Origin: Nitrososphaeraceae archaeon
Lineage (GTDB): Archaea; Thermoproteota; Nitrososphaeria; Nitrososphaerales; Nitrososphaeraceae
Assembly: GCA_044870765.1 (NCBI GenBank)
Contig: JBIOZG010000026.1
Coordinates: forward strand, 1 to 38,716
Reading direction: 5' to 3'
DNA: 38,716 nucleotides
Made by a program: the position numbers and the translations under genes. Numbering within the stretch: position 1 is the stretch's first letter; each line of letters begins with the position of its first letter. The notes under the pieces were generated by a model. It was given only the letters and a program-made list of their open reading frames with translations, did not search any database and was not told the origin of the DNA. Positions 9,676 to 19,149 of this stretch are shown piece by piece.

Positions 9676-10281
9676 TTGGAGTCGTCTAAACCGTCTAAAC
9701 CAGATGAAAGTATAAAACCTAGAAAAACAAAAAGCATAACCTTCAGGTTGGATTCAATGGTCGTTGAGGAACTACAGCGAGATGCCAATGAAGGAGAGAT
9801 CTCTCTAAACGTTTTAGTCAATCAAGTTCTCAAAAGATATGTCGAATGGGATAGATATGAAATCAAGTTGGGAATGATGCCAATTCCAAAATTAATGTTG
9901 GCTACTTTGATAGATGAAGCCATGCAGCTTGCTATAGATGCAAAGATTACTGATTTAGAGTCTTATAGGGCTAAAATTGTAAATAACGCCGCACAAACTG
10001 CGCTAAAAGTAATAAAGGATTCTGTTCTTTTTATGAGAAAAGAATATAGTTTCTGGACAGTTTTGGATGTATTGCGACAGTATATGAAAGTTGCAGGAAT
10101 TATATCGGACCATAGAATAGAAACGGAAAGAAAGCATGTCTTCATTATACAGCATGATTTAGGAGAAAACTGGTCGCTATTTGCAAAAGAACTTTTGTCC
10201 AAAATATTTATAGAATTAGCACAGGTCAGAGCTGAAATTAGCACAACACCAAAAACAGTTAGGGCGGAGATTAGCTTATGA
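9676..10281 (+). CDS. Ribbon-helix-helix-like DNA-binding protein (thaumarchaeal type)
   Basis: KTKSITFRLDS...LQRDA...ISLNVLVNQVLKRYVEWD and IIQHDLGENWS. Confidence 0.75.
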   Translation: MESSKPSKPDESIKPRKTKSITFRLDSMVVEELQRDANEGEISLNVLVNQVLKRYVEWDRYEIKLGMMPIPKLMLATLIDEAMQLAIDAKITDLESYRAKIVNNAAQTALKVIKDSVLFMRKEYSFWTVLDVLRQYMKVAGIISDHRIETERKHVFIIQHDLGENWSLFAKELLSKIFIELAQVRAEISTTPKTVRAEISL

Positions 10282-10387
10282 TGTTAGATAATCCTTTAAT
10301 TATTTGCATGAAATTGTAATACAGTGCATTCCTTCTTGTTATATACACAGTTCGTGGCAAATTATAATACAAATTAAGGCGATTTAA

Positions 10388-10780
10388 TTGAAAGATAGCA
10401 ATTATCAACAAAACGAAAAGGATAATGAAATAATTGTGAAAGAATACTTTCGTAGAATTAAGTCCCGGGATATAGAGGGAATCTTGGAACTTTTTTCGGA
10501 CGATGCGGTGATTCATGAACCGTTCAGTAGAGCAAGACGTCTTTTTGGTAAAACTGAAATCAAGCCATTTCTGAAAAGTGTAATTATGGCCAACGAAGGC
10601 CTACAATACGAGATAAACATTGAAAGACAGAAAAATAATCACACGAATAATTTCGTTGCTCTTGTCATATTTCGTAAGGGACATGAGATAAATTCCAGAT
10701 TCACATTTAGCTTTGATAATAGCGGCAAATCCACCTTATATGGCAAAATAAAGTCACTATTAATAGAGTTTATAGATTAA
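10388..10780 (+). CDS. SnoaL/NTF2-like domain protein
   Basis: IVKEYFRRIKSRDIEGILELFSDDAVIHEP...GKTEIKPFL. Confidence 0.8.
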   Translation: MKDSNYQQNEKDNEIIVKEYFRRIKSRDIEGILELFSDDAVIHEPFSRARRLFGKTEIKPFLKSVIMANEGLQYEINIERQKNNHTNNFVALVIFRKGHEINSRFTFSFDNSGKSTLYGKIKSLLIEFID

Positions 10781-11011
10781 TGAAATTCTACGAGTTCGGA
10801 TATTTCCTAGCAGTATAGTAAATTGATTCGGAGTAGCTCAATTGCACACAATTCATATTTGGCCCCTGTTACATCTTATCTTCTTGCCGCTTAAGTGTTA
10901 GTTTTTGTTGCATGTAATGATATCGGACTTTGAGAAGGATTTAATGTTTAAATGCTCTGCATTACACTGAATTCATTATAAATAAATATCTTAAGTCAGA
11001 TGTATAATTAA

Positions 11012-11539
11012 ATGAGCTCAGAAACAATATCGGTTTCAAAACTAATGAATCGTAAAGTGCAATCTGATTTTGAAGATCAAAATATAATGAGTGCATGCAA
11101 TATTATGCATGCGAACAATATCGGATCTGTAATAATTGTTACTCGTAATGAAGATAGAATTCCTGCAGGCATAATTACTGAGCGTGATATAGTACGTATT
11201 GTAGGTAAACTTAATCCAGATTTGCTCAACACACCTCTTAAATCGCTTATGAGTAGACCACTAATTACTATAGAGGAATCCGCATCAATGACTGACGCAA
11301 GTAAGCTCATGAATACCAAGAAAATTCGCAGACTCGTAGTTGTTGACAGAAATAACAAAATGAGTGGAATATTGACACAGAACGATATATTCAGAGCCAT
11401 TGACAAGAATCCTAATTTATTTTCTGAATTCTATGGCGAGAATTTCTCTTCAAAATTTAAGGAAATTTACGAAAAATTCAATCAGTATAGACTGGAGAAC
11501 TTGATGCCTGAATTCCATCAGTACCGATTAGAAGGCTGA
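11012..11539 (+). CDS. CBS domain-containing protein
   Basis: NIGSVIIV, GIITERDIVR, LMSRPLITI, IRRLVVV, GILTQND. Confidence 0.9.
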   Translation: MSSETISVSKLMNRKVQSDFEDQNIMSACNIMHANNIGSVIIVTRNEDRIPAGIITERDIVRIVGKLNPDLLNTPLKSLMSRPLITIEESASMTDASKLMNTKKIRRLVVVDRNNKMSGILTQNDIFRAIDKNPNLFSEFYGENFSSKFKEIYEKFNQYRLENLMPEFHQYRLEG

Positions 11540-11777
11540 TTAAGGACATACGAAGTGGCTTGCATGATCATTTTGTTTATATTTTAGTTACTTAGTTAGG
11601 TATTATTAGGTATGAAATTATTTATAATACGGTAAATAGCGATCGCAACTCCTATTAGCTAGCATCTTGTTGAATAGAAATAGTAGTAACTTTTGTTTTC
11701 GACATTTAGTCACTTGGCATATTATGCAATGCAGTGCATTCCTAGTATTAAAATAGATTAATTTGAAATTAGTATAT

Positions 11778-12261
11778 ATGACAAAGTCAGATATTGTAAG
11801 AAAAAAATGCTTTGTTTCCAACTGCATTTGACAACATTTTTGAGAGCTTCAGAAGGGACATGGAAGAAGTACTATTTGTGCCAAAGTGGCCGTTCCTAGG
11901 CACAGGAAATGCACTTGTCTCAGACTTAGAAACCCGTTTTCCTTTATGTGACATGGAAGATTTGGGCGACAAATATGAAATTACTTTGGAGACTCCGGGC
12001 ATTCCAAAAGAAAAAATAACTATCAAAGCTGGGACTGACTATATCGACATCTCAGGAGAGCAAGAAAAGAAGACAGAAGAAAAAAGAAAAAATTATTGTA
12101 TAATGAAAGATCGTACAGCTCATTAAGAAGACGTCTATCAACTCCGGAAAAAAATCGTTCCTTCAAAAGTGCACGCAAAAATGGAAAATGGCGTTTTACG
12201 TGTAGAAGTCCCGAAAAAAACACCAACAAAAAAGCAAGAAACCAAGGTGCAAGTAAAGTAA
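11778..12261 (+). pseudogene. Hsp20/alpha-crystallin small heat-shock protein with three frameshifts
   Basis: Reconstructs to MTKSDIVRKNALFPTAFDNIF...DLGDKYEITLETPGIPKEKI...YLYNERSYSSLRRRLSTPEKIVPSKVHAKMENGVLRVEVPKK...QVK*. This needs one A removed at 11801-11807, one base added near 12096 and one A removed at 12148-12154. Confidence 0.85.
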
Positions 12262-12326
12262 AGCTGATTAGGTTTGATTTTTGCAAAAAAATAATAATAA
12301 TGGATAGTAAATATCAATGATTCATA

Positions 12327-12746
12327 TTGAAACGTAAAAGAATAACATCCATCCTTGTCGCCATCGATGGGTCTGAATATTCAGATAAAGCCTTTAAATA
12401 TGCATGCGAACTTTCCATAATGAAAAACATTCCGCTAATAATTATCAATGTTGTAGAGGAATATGCCACCATAGGATACTCTATATTGAAAGAACTAAAG
12501 AAGTCAAGCAGACAAATGCTTCACGAATATATGGGAAGAGCTGAATCATTAGATATCCGAACCGCACGCACAATACATTCCGTTGGTAATGCTGCTGAAG
12601 AAATTTTAAAAATTGCCAATGGTAAAGATATAGATACATTGGTCATAGGAAGTAAAGGAAAGTACGGAACAACAAAAGACATGCTAGGTGGTACATCATA
12701 CAAGCTTGTTCACTATTCCAAATGTACAGTAACTGTTGTAAAATAA
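12327..12746 (+). CDS. Universal stress protein (UspA family)
   Basis: ILVAIDGSEYS...GNAAEEIL...IDTLVIGSKG...LGGTSYKLVHYSKCTVTVVK. Confidence 0.9.
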   Translation: MKRKRITSILVAIDGSEYSDKAFKYACELSIMKNIPLIIINVVEEYATIGYSILKELKKSSRQMLHEYMGRAESLDIRTARTIHSVGNAAEEILKIANGKDIDTLVIGSKGKYGTTKDMLGGTSYKLVHYSKCTVTVVK

Positions 12747-12941
12747 TGATTAGATTTTAATAATGTTACCAATATACTATCTTGTAAAGAATTTTTTTGG
12801 GAGTCGCGGATTCGATGAATTCCCTAATGTTGATTAATTTTATATAAGTAATAAATCATGCCAGTCCTCTGAAGAACCAAGGTAGGCTAAGTAACTTTCA
12901 TATAGCCAAAAATAAGACAACTTTTAGGAATACGCGATAAA

Positions 12942-13697
12942 CTAAATTTTGACATCTTTATGTAAATTAATTCTGCCATGCTTAAAAGCTTCGTTTATTA
13001 TTGCGAATTCTACTTGTTCGGCCATTTTGGCCAATTTACCTACGTCTTCCCGGTAGTCTTCAAAAGATGTGTGTTCTTTATGACCAAGAAATATTTCTTT
13101 GATTTGGTAACCTGACATCGCGGTTTCTATCAGAAGCCAGACGTCAATTCCCCATCCATCTGGAGGATTTTTTTCCAATAGATTTTTCCATACCTGTGTT
13201 CTTGCACACACTTCACCACTCAATGGTTGTTCAATATTTGAAAGCTCGGGAAAGAAGATGTGGATCATCGGTTTTGCAATAAGCTTTGTTACTGGAGCAT
13301 CTCGGGCATGTCTTTGATAGTAGCCTCTTACCATATCACAATTTGTACAGCCATCTACTAGTTTATCTATCCACTCGGAAGTGAGATTATTTATATCTGC
13401 ATCAAGGAATAATATAATGTCTGCTTCAATACTAATAGCTTCACTCAGTCCTTTTTTCATGGCGATCCCTTTTCCAGGAAATAGTCTATCACCTTGTTGA
13501 ATCACCCTTGCACCAATTTTATTGGCTATTTCAGCTGTTGCATCTGACGAATAAGCATCAACAACTATTACTTCGGGACTATGACGGCTTTTTTTTGCAG
13601 TTGTTATCGCGTGTTCAATGGTATCCTGTTCATTTTTTGCCGGAAATACTACTGCTATTTTTTGGGAAGAAGTTTGCTTGTTCACATAATTGTCCAC
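12942..13697 (-). CDS. GT2 glycosyltransferase, glucosyl-3-phosphoglycerate synthase-like
   Basis: VVFPAKNE, VVDAYSSDAT, GKGIAM, FLDAD, VTKLIAKP, QPLSGE, GWGIDV motifs. Confidence 0.8.
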   Translation of the reverse strand: MDNYVNKQTSSQKIAVVFPAKNEQDTIEHAITTAKKSRHSPEVIVVDAYSSDATAEIANKIGARVIQQGDRLFPGKGIAMKKGLSEAISIEADIILFLDADINNLTSEWIDKLVDGCTNCDMVRGYYQRHARDAPVTKLIAKPMIHIFFPELSNIEQPLSGEVCARTQVWKNLLEKNPPDGWGIDVWLLIETAMSGYQIKEIFLGHKEHTSFEDYREDVGKLAKMAEQVEFAIINEAFKHGRINLHKDVKI

Positions 13698-13714
13698 GTT
13701 TCATTCTTTAAAAT

Positions 13715-13750
13715 TCTTATGGTATGATCTGCCTTAACTTTACCATAAGA
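13715..13750. promoter_or_regulatory. Perfect 10-bp inverted repeat (16-bp spacer) over the GT2 promoter region
   Basis: tcttatggta-N16-taccataaga, 18-53 nt upstream of the GT2 start. Confidence 0.45.
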
Positions 13751-13942
13751 TAGATAGAGTTTCATGCTCTTTATTCGAAAGTAAGACAATTTAATCAATC
13801 CACTGATATCACATAGATACATAAAATAAGAAAGTATTAGTTTCCGATATAATATTGCATATTGTAATTCGATCTGGACAGAACTGTATTTTCAGGCCAA
13901 TAGAAATGAAAACTTAAGTACGTAATTTGTATTAAAGCTTGT

Positions 13943-14125
13943 ATGTATACAATTTCATGTCGAGATGTTGGTAGGGATTGTGATTGTGTTGTCCAAGGCG
14001 AAACAGAAGAAGAGATTATGAGGAATGCTGCAGAACATGCAGTCAAAGACCATGGCTATAAGGAAGATGAGATAATGACTCCCGAGATGAAGGAAAAAAT
14101 TAAATCATACATACGCAAATCTTAG
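13943..14125 (+). CDS. DUF1059-type small metal-binding protein
   Basis: SCRDVGRDC...GETEEEIM...EHAVKDHG pattern. Confidence 0.85.
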   Translation: MYTISCRDVGRDCDCVVQGETEEEIMRNAAEHAVKDHGYKEDEIMTPEMKEKIKSYIRKS

Positions 14126-14238
14126 TCTCTGAGACTTAATTCAGTCTCTTCAATGTGATCAAATTTACTTTATATTCATTTGATTGTTCCATCTTCTCAT
14201 ACTTTAATTTTAATTTCATGAGAATTATATTCAAGAAT

Positions 14239-14991
14239 TTAATTTATTAAATATTCGTAAACATGGTATAAACTTTGAGGATCAGATTGAGAGAGGTACT
14301 TCCATTTTATCGGATCTAAACCCATCTCCTTGAACTTGATCTTGTTTAAGGAACCTTTATCTTTAGATGAGACAATAATATTGTAAATAAGTTCCCCTAT
14401 CAGCACCTGATTAGGTTTGGCAATAGACGCGATTTTAGCGGCAAGGCTAATACTAGAGCCCGTTATATCTACATGAGCTTTATCTAAACTTTTTCCATAA
14501 AGTACCACCAGAGTGGGTCCGAAAGCTAATCCTGTCCTTACTGTAATTTCAGGTAATTCATTTTCAATAAAAATAGGATTGATGCCATTTTTTATAATTT
14601 CTAGTACGGCGGCTGAACAATTTAACGCATTTTTACAAGCCTTTATCTCATCATAGTCGGCTGGAAAAATTACAATAACGGCATCACCCTCATATTTGAA
14701 AACGAAGCCTCCGTAACCAGATACTACAATACTTACTTCCTGGGCAAAAGTTTGCAGCAATTGGGCGAATTTAAATTCTGGTAAAGTAAGACTCATTTGC
14801 GTTGAATTGTTTATGTCTATTATCATAATGACGAGGTTTGTTCTGGTGTTTACATGTCTCCTTAGAAATTTCTTTGATTCTTCGGTGGACATATTAAGCT
14901 GGACTCCATCCTTTAGAGTTTTACTTACCCTTGCACGGATTTGCTCTTGCAATGCAAAGGTCAGGAAATCCATAATATTTCTATTTAGCAC
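14239..14991 (-). CDS. Class III adenylate/guanylate cyclase domain protein
   Basis: IMIIDINNST, VFKYEGDAVIVIF, VRTGLAFG, DITGSSISLAAKIAS, QVLIGE. Confidence 0.85.
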   Translation of the reverse strand: MLNRNIMDFLTFALQEQIRARVSKTLKDGVQLNMSTEESKKFLRRHVNTRTNLVIMIIDINNSTQMSLTLPEFKFAQLLQTFAQEVSIVVSGYGGFVFKYEGDAVIVIFPADYDEIKACKNALNCSAAVLEIIKNGINPIFIENELPEITVRTGLAFGPTLVVLYGKSLDKAHVDITGSSISLAAKIASIAKPNQVLIGELIYNIIVSSKDKGSLNKIKFKEMGLDPIKWKYLSQSDPQSLYHVYEYLIN

Positions 14992-15178
14992 TTATTAAAC
15001 AACTTATACCTGGTGATCATCCAAAATCGCTTGATAATTCCAAATTTTTATTGTATATGTATAAAACAACCAGGTAAAAAGCTGTGGAAGAAAATCAGTA
15101 TTAGCCTGTAATGAATTCGATCGAAAAGAACTCGCATAACAAGCTATATAGACAAATTGTTCAGACTATACTTTATCA

Positions 15179-15748
15179 TTGAATCACGAGATGGTTGGAG
15201 AAAAAATTAAAAAAGAATTATACCATGCAATAAGAGAAATAGGCAAACAAAAAATTCAAAAAGATATCACTTCAAGCATCCAATTCTCACAAAAATACAT
15301 TGATCTAATAATGAATAAATGTATAGGTCGGTTGGTATCTTCTGAACTAAATTCCGATCAGGACAGAGTAATGGGCACCTTTAGCGAAGCATTACTTCAT
15401 TTTATGCTTACAATCAGTACTTTACCGTCAGAAAGAAAAATACGAATTAATTCCGAACTAGTAATTGATGTTGTTATACCCAGTTTACGAATTTTGAAAA
15501 CAAATCCTTCAAAGTCAATTATCGTTCAATTCATAAAGGAACGGGAGGAGTTAAACAAAGTATCAAAACTCCAATTCATACAACCCAACAGTGAGAATAT
15601 TTGGGTAGTATTTCACAAGCCCTTTACAATCGCAAAATACAAAACTTATAGTATCTTTCCTGATAATTTTTCAAACATAATAGTAGATATTCATAATTTT
15701 CTAAAAAAATCAGGTGATAAAAGCCTCAGATTCGTTTATACAAAATAA
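15179..15748 (+). CDS. Conserved hypothetical protein
   Basis: 189-aa ORF. EALLHFMLT..LPSERK...IDVVIP pattern, weakly restriction-endonuclease-like. Confidence 0.7.
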   Translation: MNHEMVGEKIKKELYHAIREIGKQKIQKDITSSIQFSQKYIDLIMNKCIGRLVSSELNSDQDRVMGTFSEALLHFMLTISTLPSERKIRINSELVIDVVIPSLRILKTNPSKSIIVQFIKEREELNKVSKLQFIQPNSENIWVVFHKPFTIAKYKTYSIFPDNFSNIIVDIHNFLKKSGDKSLRFVYTK

Positions 15749-15919
15749 ATTCTGATTAAATCACGCCTCCAGCATTTATCAAAGAAGAAAGATTTTCGAT
15801 GGAAGACAATGACTCGTTATAAACAATGAAACTATGGTAGAGAACAAAAGCGATAAATCTCAAGTCACATTGTTAAGCAGTTATGCTTAAAAGTTACAAA
15901 TTGTATATCATATTCCTGT

Positions 15920-16369
15920 ATGACTATAGTTGTTAGAGACTTAATGAGAAAAAACCCATACACTGTAGCAGAATCAGCATCTATTCAAGATACAGCAAGA
16001 ATAATGAATGATAAGAAAGTAAGTTCATTAGTTATACTGGATGAGGATAATAATCCAGTAGGTTTGGTTACTGAACGTGATTTGGTTAGAAAGGTTTGCA
16101 TTAATGATCTACCTACGAATCGAGTTACAAACAAAGAGATAATGTCGTCTCCCCTAATTACTATTGATAGTGAATCATCGGCAACGACTGCTACTGATCT
16201 CATGCTAAAAAACAACGTTAGGCATTTACTTGTTATAGATAATGAGTCAAAAGATAACAATCAACTTATAGGAATTATTACGCCACTTGACTTGGTAAAG
16301 TATGAAGAAGATACACACGATGAAGGGCGTAAGGATGTCCTTGAAATGATTTTAGAGTATTATATATAA
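15920..16369 (+). CDS. CBS domain-containing protein
   Basis: KKVSSLVI, GLVTERDLVRKVC, IMSSPLITI, VRHLLVI, GIITPLD. Confidence 0.9.
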   Translation: MTIVVRDLMRKNPYTVAESASIQDTARIMNDKKVSSLVILDEDNNPVGLVTERDLVRKVCINDLPTNRVTNKEIMSSPLITIDSESSATTATDLMLKNNVRHLLVIDNESKDNNQLIGIITPLDLVKYEEDTHDEGRKDVLEMILEYYI

Positions 16370-16554
16370 CTGGAACCTGAAGCATCGAGTCAAACTTCAT
16401 TTTATTTTTAGTTTGGAAGAAACGTTACTAGATGCATAAATGTCGGCTTCTATTACGGATTGTCACCAATCAATTCAAAAAATACATAATTAAAAGATCT
16501 AACCAAGATCAAATTGTTCAATGCCGAAAATCCGGAAACTGAGGAGAAGATAAT

Positions 16555-16845
16555 GTGAGCTATGTAATTACTTTTCAGAATTTCAATAGGGAAGATACTT
16601 TTTATTGTCCTGCAATTATTCCTTATAGCGTGAAAGTAAAAAAGGGTGCTGAAAACAGAGATCTGGTTATTTGTAACAATTGTCTGTGGTCGGTATCGCT
16701 GATAAAAGGCTCCAAAGTGTTCGATCGGTGTCCTGTGTGTAAAGGTGAGAAAATAGAAGTTATCCCTGTTGAAGATTATGAGAATTATAAATTATCGATA
16801 AGTCGAAAAAGAGGTTTGAGTATGGAGTTTACCGGTAATGTTTGA
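16555..16845 (+). CDS. Small zinc-ribbon protein (CxxCxWS...CPxC)
   Basis: ICNNCLWSVS...RCPVCK...IPV...Y...KRGLSMEF. The true start may be GTG 16630. Confidence 0.75.
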   Translation: MSYVITFQNFNREDTFYCPAIIPYSVKVKKGAENRDLVICNNCLWSVSLIKGSKVFDRCPVCKGEKIEVIPVEDYENYKLSISRKRGLSMEFTGNV

Positions 16846-16951
16846 AGATACCTTACGGAGACACTAAATTCGCTCCATCATCATTTGACGTTTTGCAAGT
16901 GATCCCATGCACTCGCTTTATTACTTAGGTTAAGAGATTCAGGCAGGTTCA

Positions 16952-17257
16952 TCATCTCATAGGCTTTTTCCTGTCAAATCGAATAGTAACGCCGCGTTTA
17001 TCATCGTATGATATAGAACATATCTCATCTATGTTCATAGGAATTTTGGAAACAACCCTGCTACAATCGGGGCATTTTTCAACCATACCGCGGCGATTGA
17101 AACATATAAGAGACCAGTGGCAAAAATCACATAATTCTAATATGATCTCTGGTAATTTTTCTCCGCTAATTTTATGCTGAATGGTGTTGATATCTTCAGT
17201 CGGGATTATCTTAGACTCCGGTGATTCATTGTCTGTTGGTAAGTCTGGAAAATCCAC
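16952..17257 (-). CDS. Small zinc-ribbon protein (paralog of 16555-16845)
   Basis: LCDFCHWSLI...KCPDCS...IPM...YDDKRGVTIRF. Confidence 0.8.
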   Translation of the reverse strand: MDFPDLPTDNESPESKIIPTEDINTIQHKISGEKLPEIILELCDFCHWSLICFNRRGMVEKCPDCSRVVSKIPMNIDEICSISYDDKRGVTIRFDRKKPMR

Positions 17258-17323
17258 TTCATTATCTATATTCTAGAAAGATACTTATTAATTTCCTGTT
17301 CTGACGTAATAATTGTTACTGGA

Positions 17324-17440
17324 TTATTCCCTAAAGCCTCGACAATCACACTCATTACAGTATTTATCGCCGTCCTTGTCCGTGAAGTGGTTCGCCTTAA
17401 GATGATGACATAGAAGACATATGTCCGATTTGCTACTCAA
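17324..17440 (-). CDS. 38-aa Cys/His microprotein (not in ORF track)
   Basis: TTG start, MSSKSDICLLCHHLKANHFTDKDGDKYCNECDCRGFRE*. TATA-like tataataaat on the minus strand at 17461-17470. Confidence 0.75.
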   Translation of the reverse strand: MSSKSDICLLCHHLKANHFTDKDGDKYCNECDCRGFRE

Positions 17441-17590
17441 AAAGGTAGTTTAGGCCTTTAATTTATTATATCTTATCTTTAGAATAGGAACGTCCTTTAC
17501 TATTCTCTCAAACTTTATTTTGTTCTAATTCTAAAATTGATACATTAATACTTCATTCAGACGAGTACGATAATTTTGATATTCAGTTTT

Positions 17591-17650
17591 TCTTTTAGGT
17601 AACTGTACTAGTACAATATTTCTTTTAGGTAACTGTACTTGAACAATATC
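17591..17650. repeat. 30-bp tandem duplication
   Basis: tcttttaggtaactgtactagtacaatatt / tcttttaggtaactgtacttgaacaatatc. The first copy contains the palindrome tgtactagtaca. Confidence 0.9.
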
Positions 17651-17844
17651 TAGTTATAAAATTAAATTCAAACGAATTATCTTATTTTACTAAGAATTAT
17701 TGCAATTATCCATTATTTATTGGAGAAAATCTAAAGGCAATTTCTCAATGCAATAAATCATTACCTATAAAAAGTTTGATATCGTTCTCAGTAATTGAGA
17801 TTCAAAGCAAGTTTATTATTACTTTTACAAAGTAAACGCGTATT

Positions 17845-18246
17845 ATGAAAAACAAATCAATACAGTCTATAATGTTAGGGCTCGCGACAATCTCCATAAT
17901 GTTAGTTTCAAATGGAATTGTTTCGTACGCTCAAACAAACTCGTCGGATATAACAGTAGGATACAATTCATCAATTTCAAACTCCAGCTCTACTACTGTG
18001 AATAATGCAACATCAACATCTGATAATCCAGTTGTGCAATCCATAGACGCGGCAATTAAGGCAATAAAGGACGGAGATAAAGACACTGGTAAAAAGTTAC
18101 TTCTCAAAGCAGAAGAAGCACTAGAAGGTAAATCTGATCTGGTAGATGCTGAAAAACGTGTCGAAGCTTCACTCGCGGCACTTAAAGATGGTGATAACAA
18201 CGCAGCAATTTCACATGCCGAAGAAGCAAAGAAGAGTCTTTCCTAA
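17845..18246 (+). CDS. Secreted protein, Ser/Thr linker plus two helical-hairpin repeats
   Basis: Signal peptide ending SYAQ. AIKAIKDGD...AEEAL / SLAALKDGD...AEEAK repeats. Confidence 0.8.
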   Translation: MKNKSIQSIMLGLATISIMLVSNGIVSYAQTNSSDITVGYNSSISNSSSTTVNNATSTSDNPVVQSIDAAIKAIKDGDKDTGKKLLLKAEEALEGKSDLVDAEKRVEASLAALKDGDNNAAISHAEEAKKSLS

Positions 18247-18265
18247 TTACCACTTTTGGTAATTA
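18244..18265. promoter_or_regulatory. Perfect 9-bp inverted repeat between co-oriented genes (hairpin or operator)
   Basis: taattacca-cttt-tggtaatta. Confidence 0.4.
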
Positions 18266-18274
18266 TTTCTTGGT

Positions 18275-18727
18275 TTGGAAGGTTCTGAATTGATAAATCA
18301 CAAACTCATTGTCTATTCATTAGCAAGTATCCTGGTTATCATCGGAATCGTATATTTCTTAGTAGCAAATAGTGAGTATGAAGATTCTAAAGAGTTATCT
18401 GACATGGGAATAAAAGGCGAAACGGCTGAAAAACAATTTGAAGCTTCATTCTTTGTATCCAGTGGCATAGTTAATTTCATACTTGCTGCATTGGTAATAA
18501 AATCGAACAGAAGTATAGTGCCATACTTAGCTTCAGCTGGAATCTCAGCGGGACTGATTGCTATCTATGTAGCATCTAGAACCGTAGGCGTTCCGGTAGT
18601 GGGGGTAGAATATTATATTGGGCGACTTGACATGATTTCAAAAATTCTTCAAGCTGTCGCCATCGTCCTGTCAGGTCTTGCTATCCATAGTATAAGGAAC
18701 TCAAGGGTGCTGAAAAAAATCATCTAG
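18275..18727 (+). CDS. 4-TM membrane protein
   Basis: Hydrophobic segments and IYVASRTVGVPVVGVE...D..SKILQ motif. Confidence 0.8.
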   Translation: MEGSELINHKLIVYSLASILVIIGIVYFLVANSEYEDSKELSDMGIKGETAEKQFEASFFVSSGIVNFILAALVIKSNRSIVPYLASAGISAGLIAIYVASRTVGVPVVGVEYYIGRLDMISKILQAVAIVLSGLAIHSIRNSRVLKKII

Positions 18728-18891
18728 TCGACTCCAAAATCTTACTTTTTGTTAATTATGAGATATCCAGTATATCCTCCGGGATTTGAGGATTCACATA
18801 GCTGATACTTCTAAACATAATAAATCAAGTCTAACTTTCTTTAGAATTACAAAGATATTTGTAAAGGTCCATGTTGAGTTAGTCAAGTAAA

Positions 18892-19149
18892 ATGGATACC
18901 TATTTTGTAATCGTAATAATCCATATTCTAGTCGGATTCTTTTTGGTATATGTTGCTGCCAAGGCTTATAAGAGAACAAAATATTTTCCAATGCTTCTTC
19001 TTACATTTGGCTTTTTTCTCATAGTTATTGGTGATACCGTCCTGGGAGACTTTCTTAATATTAATGACGAAAGTACTATCAAGATGATCGAAGAATTAGC
19101 TGAGGTATCAGGCTTTTTACTGGTAATAGTTGCCGTGATAAAAAGTTGA
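18892..19149 (+). CDS. Small 3-TM membrane protein (AY[RK][KR]T motif)
   Basis: VAAKAYKRTKYFPMLLLTFGF. Stop codon overlaps the start of the downstream wHTH (4-nt overlap). Confidence 0.8.
   Translation: MDTYFVIVIIHILVGFFLVYVAAKAYKRTKYFPMLLLTFGFFLIVIGDTVLGDFLNINDESTIKMIEELAEVSGFLLVIVAVIKS

Noticed and set aside
12096-12320. 74-aa ORF as a separate gene
   Set aside because: It is the middle fragment of the frameshifted Hsp20 running on into out-of-frame sequence.
15179-15748. Restriction or defence nuclease
   Set aside because: Only a vague E...D pattern with no clear (D/E)xK, and no methylase or defence neighbours.
17591-17650. 30-bp repeat as a mini-CRISPR
   Set aside because: The two copies are directly adjacent with no spacer.
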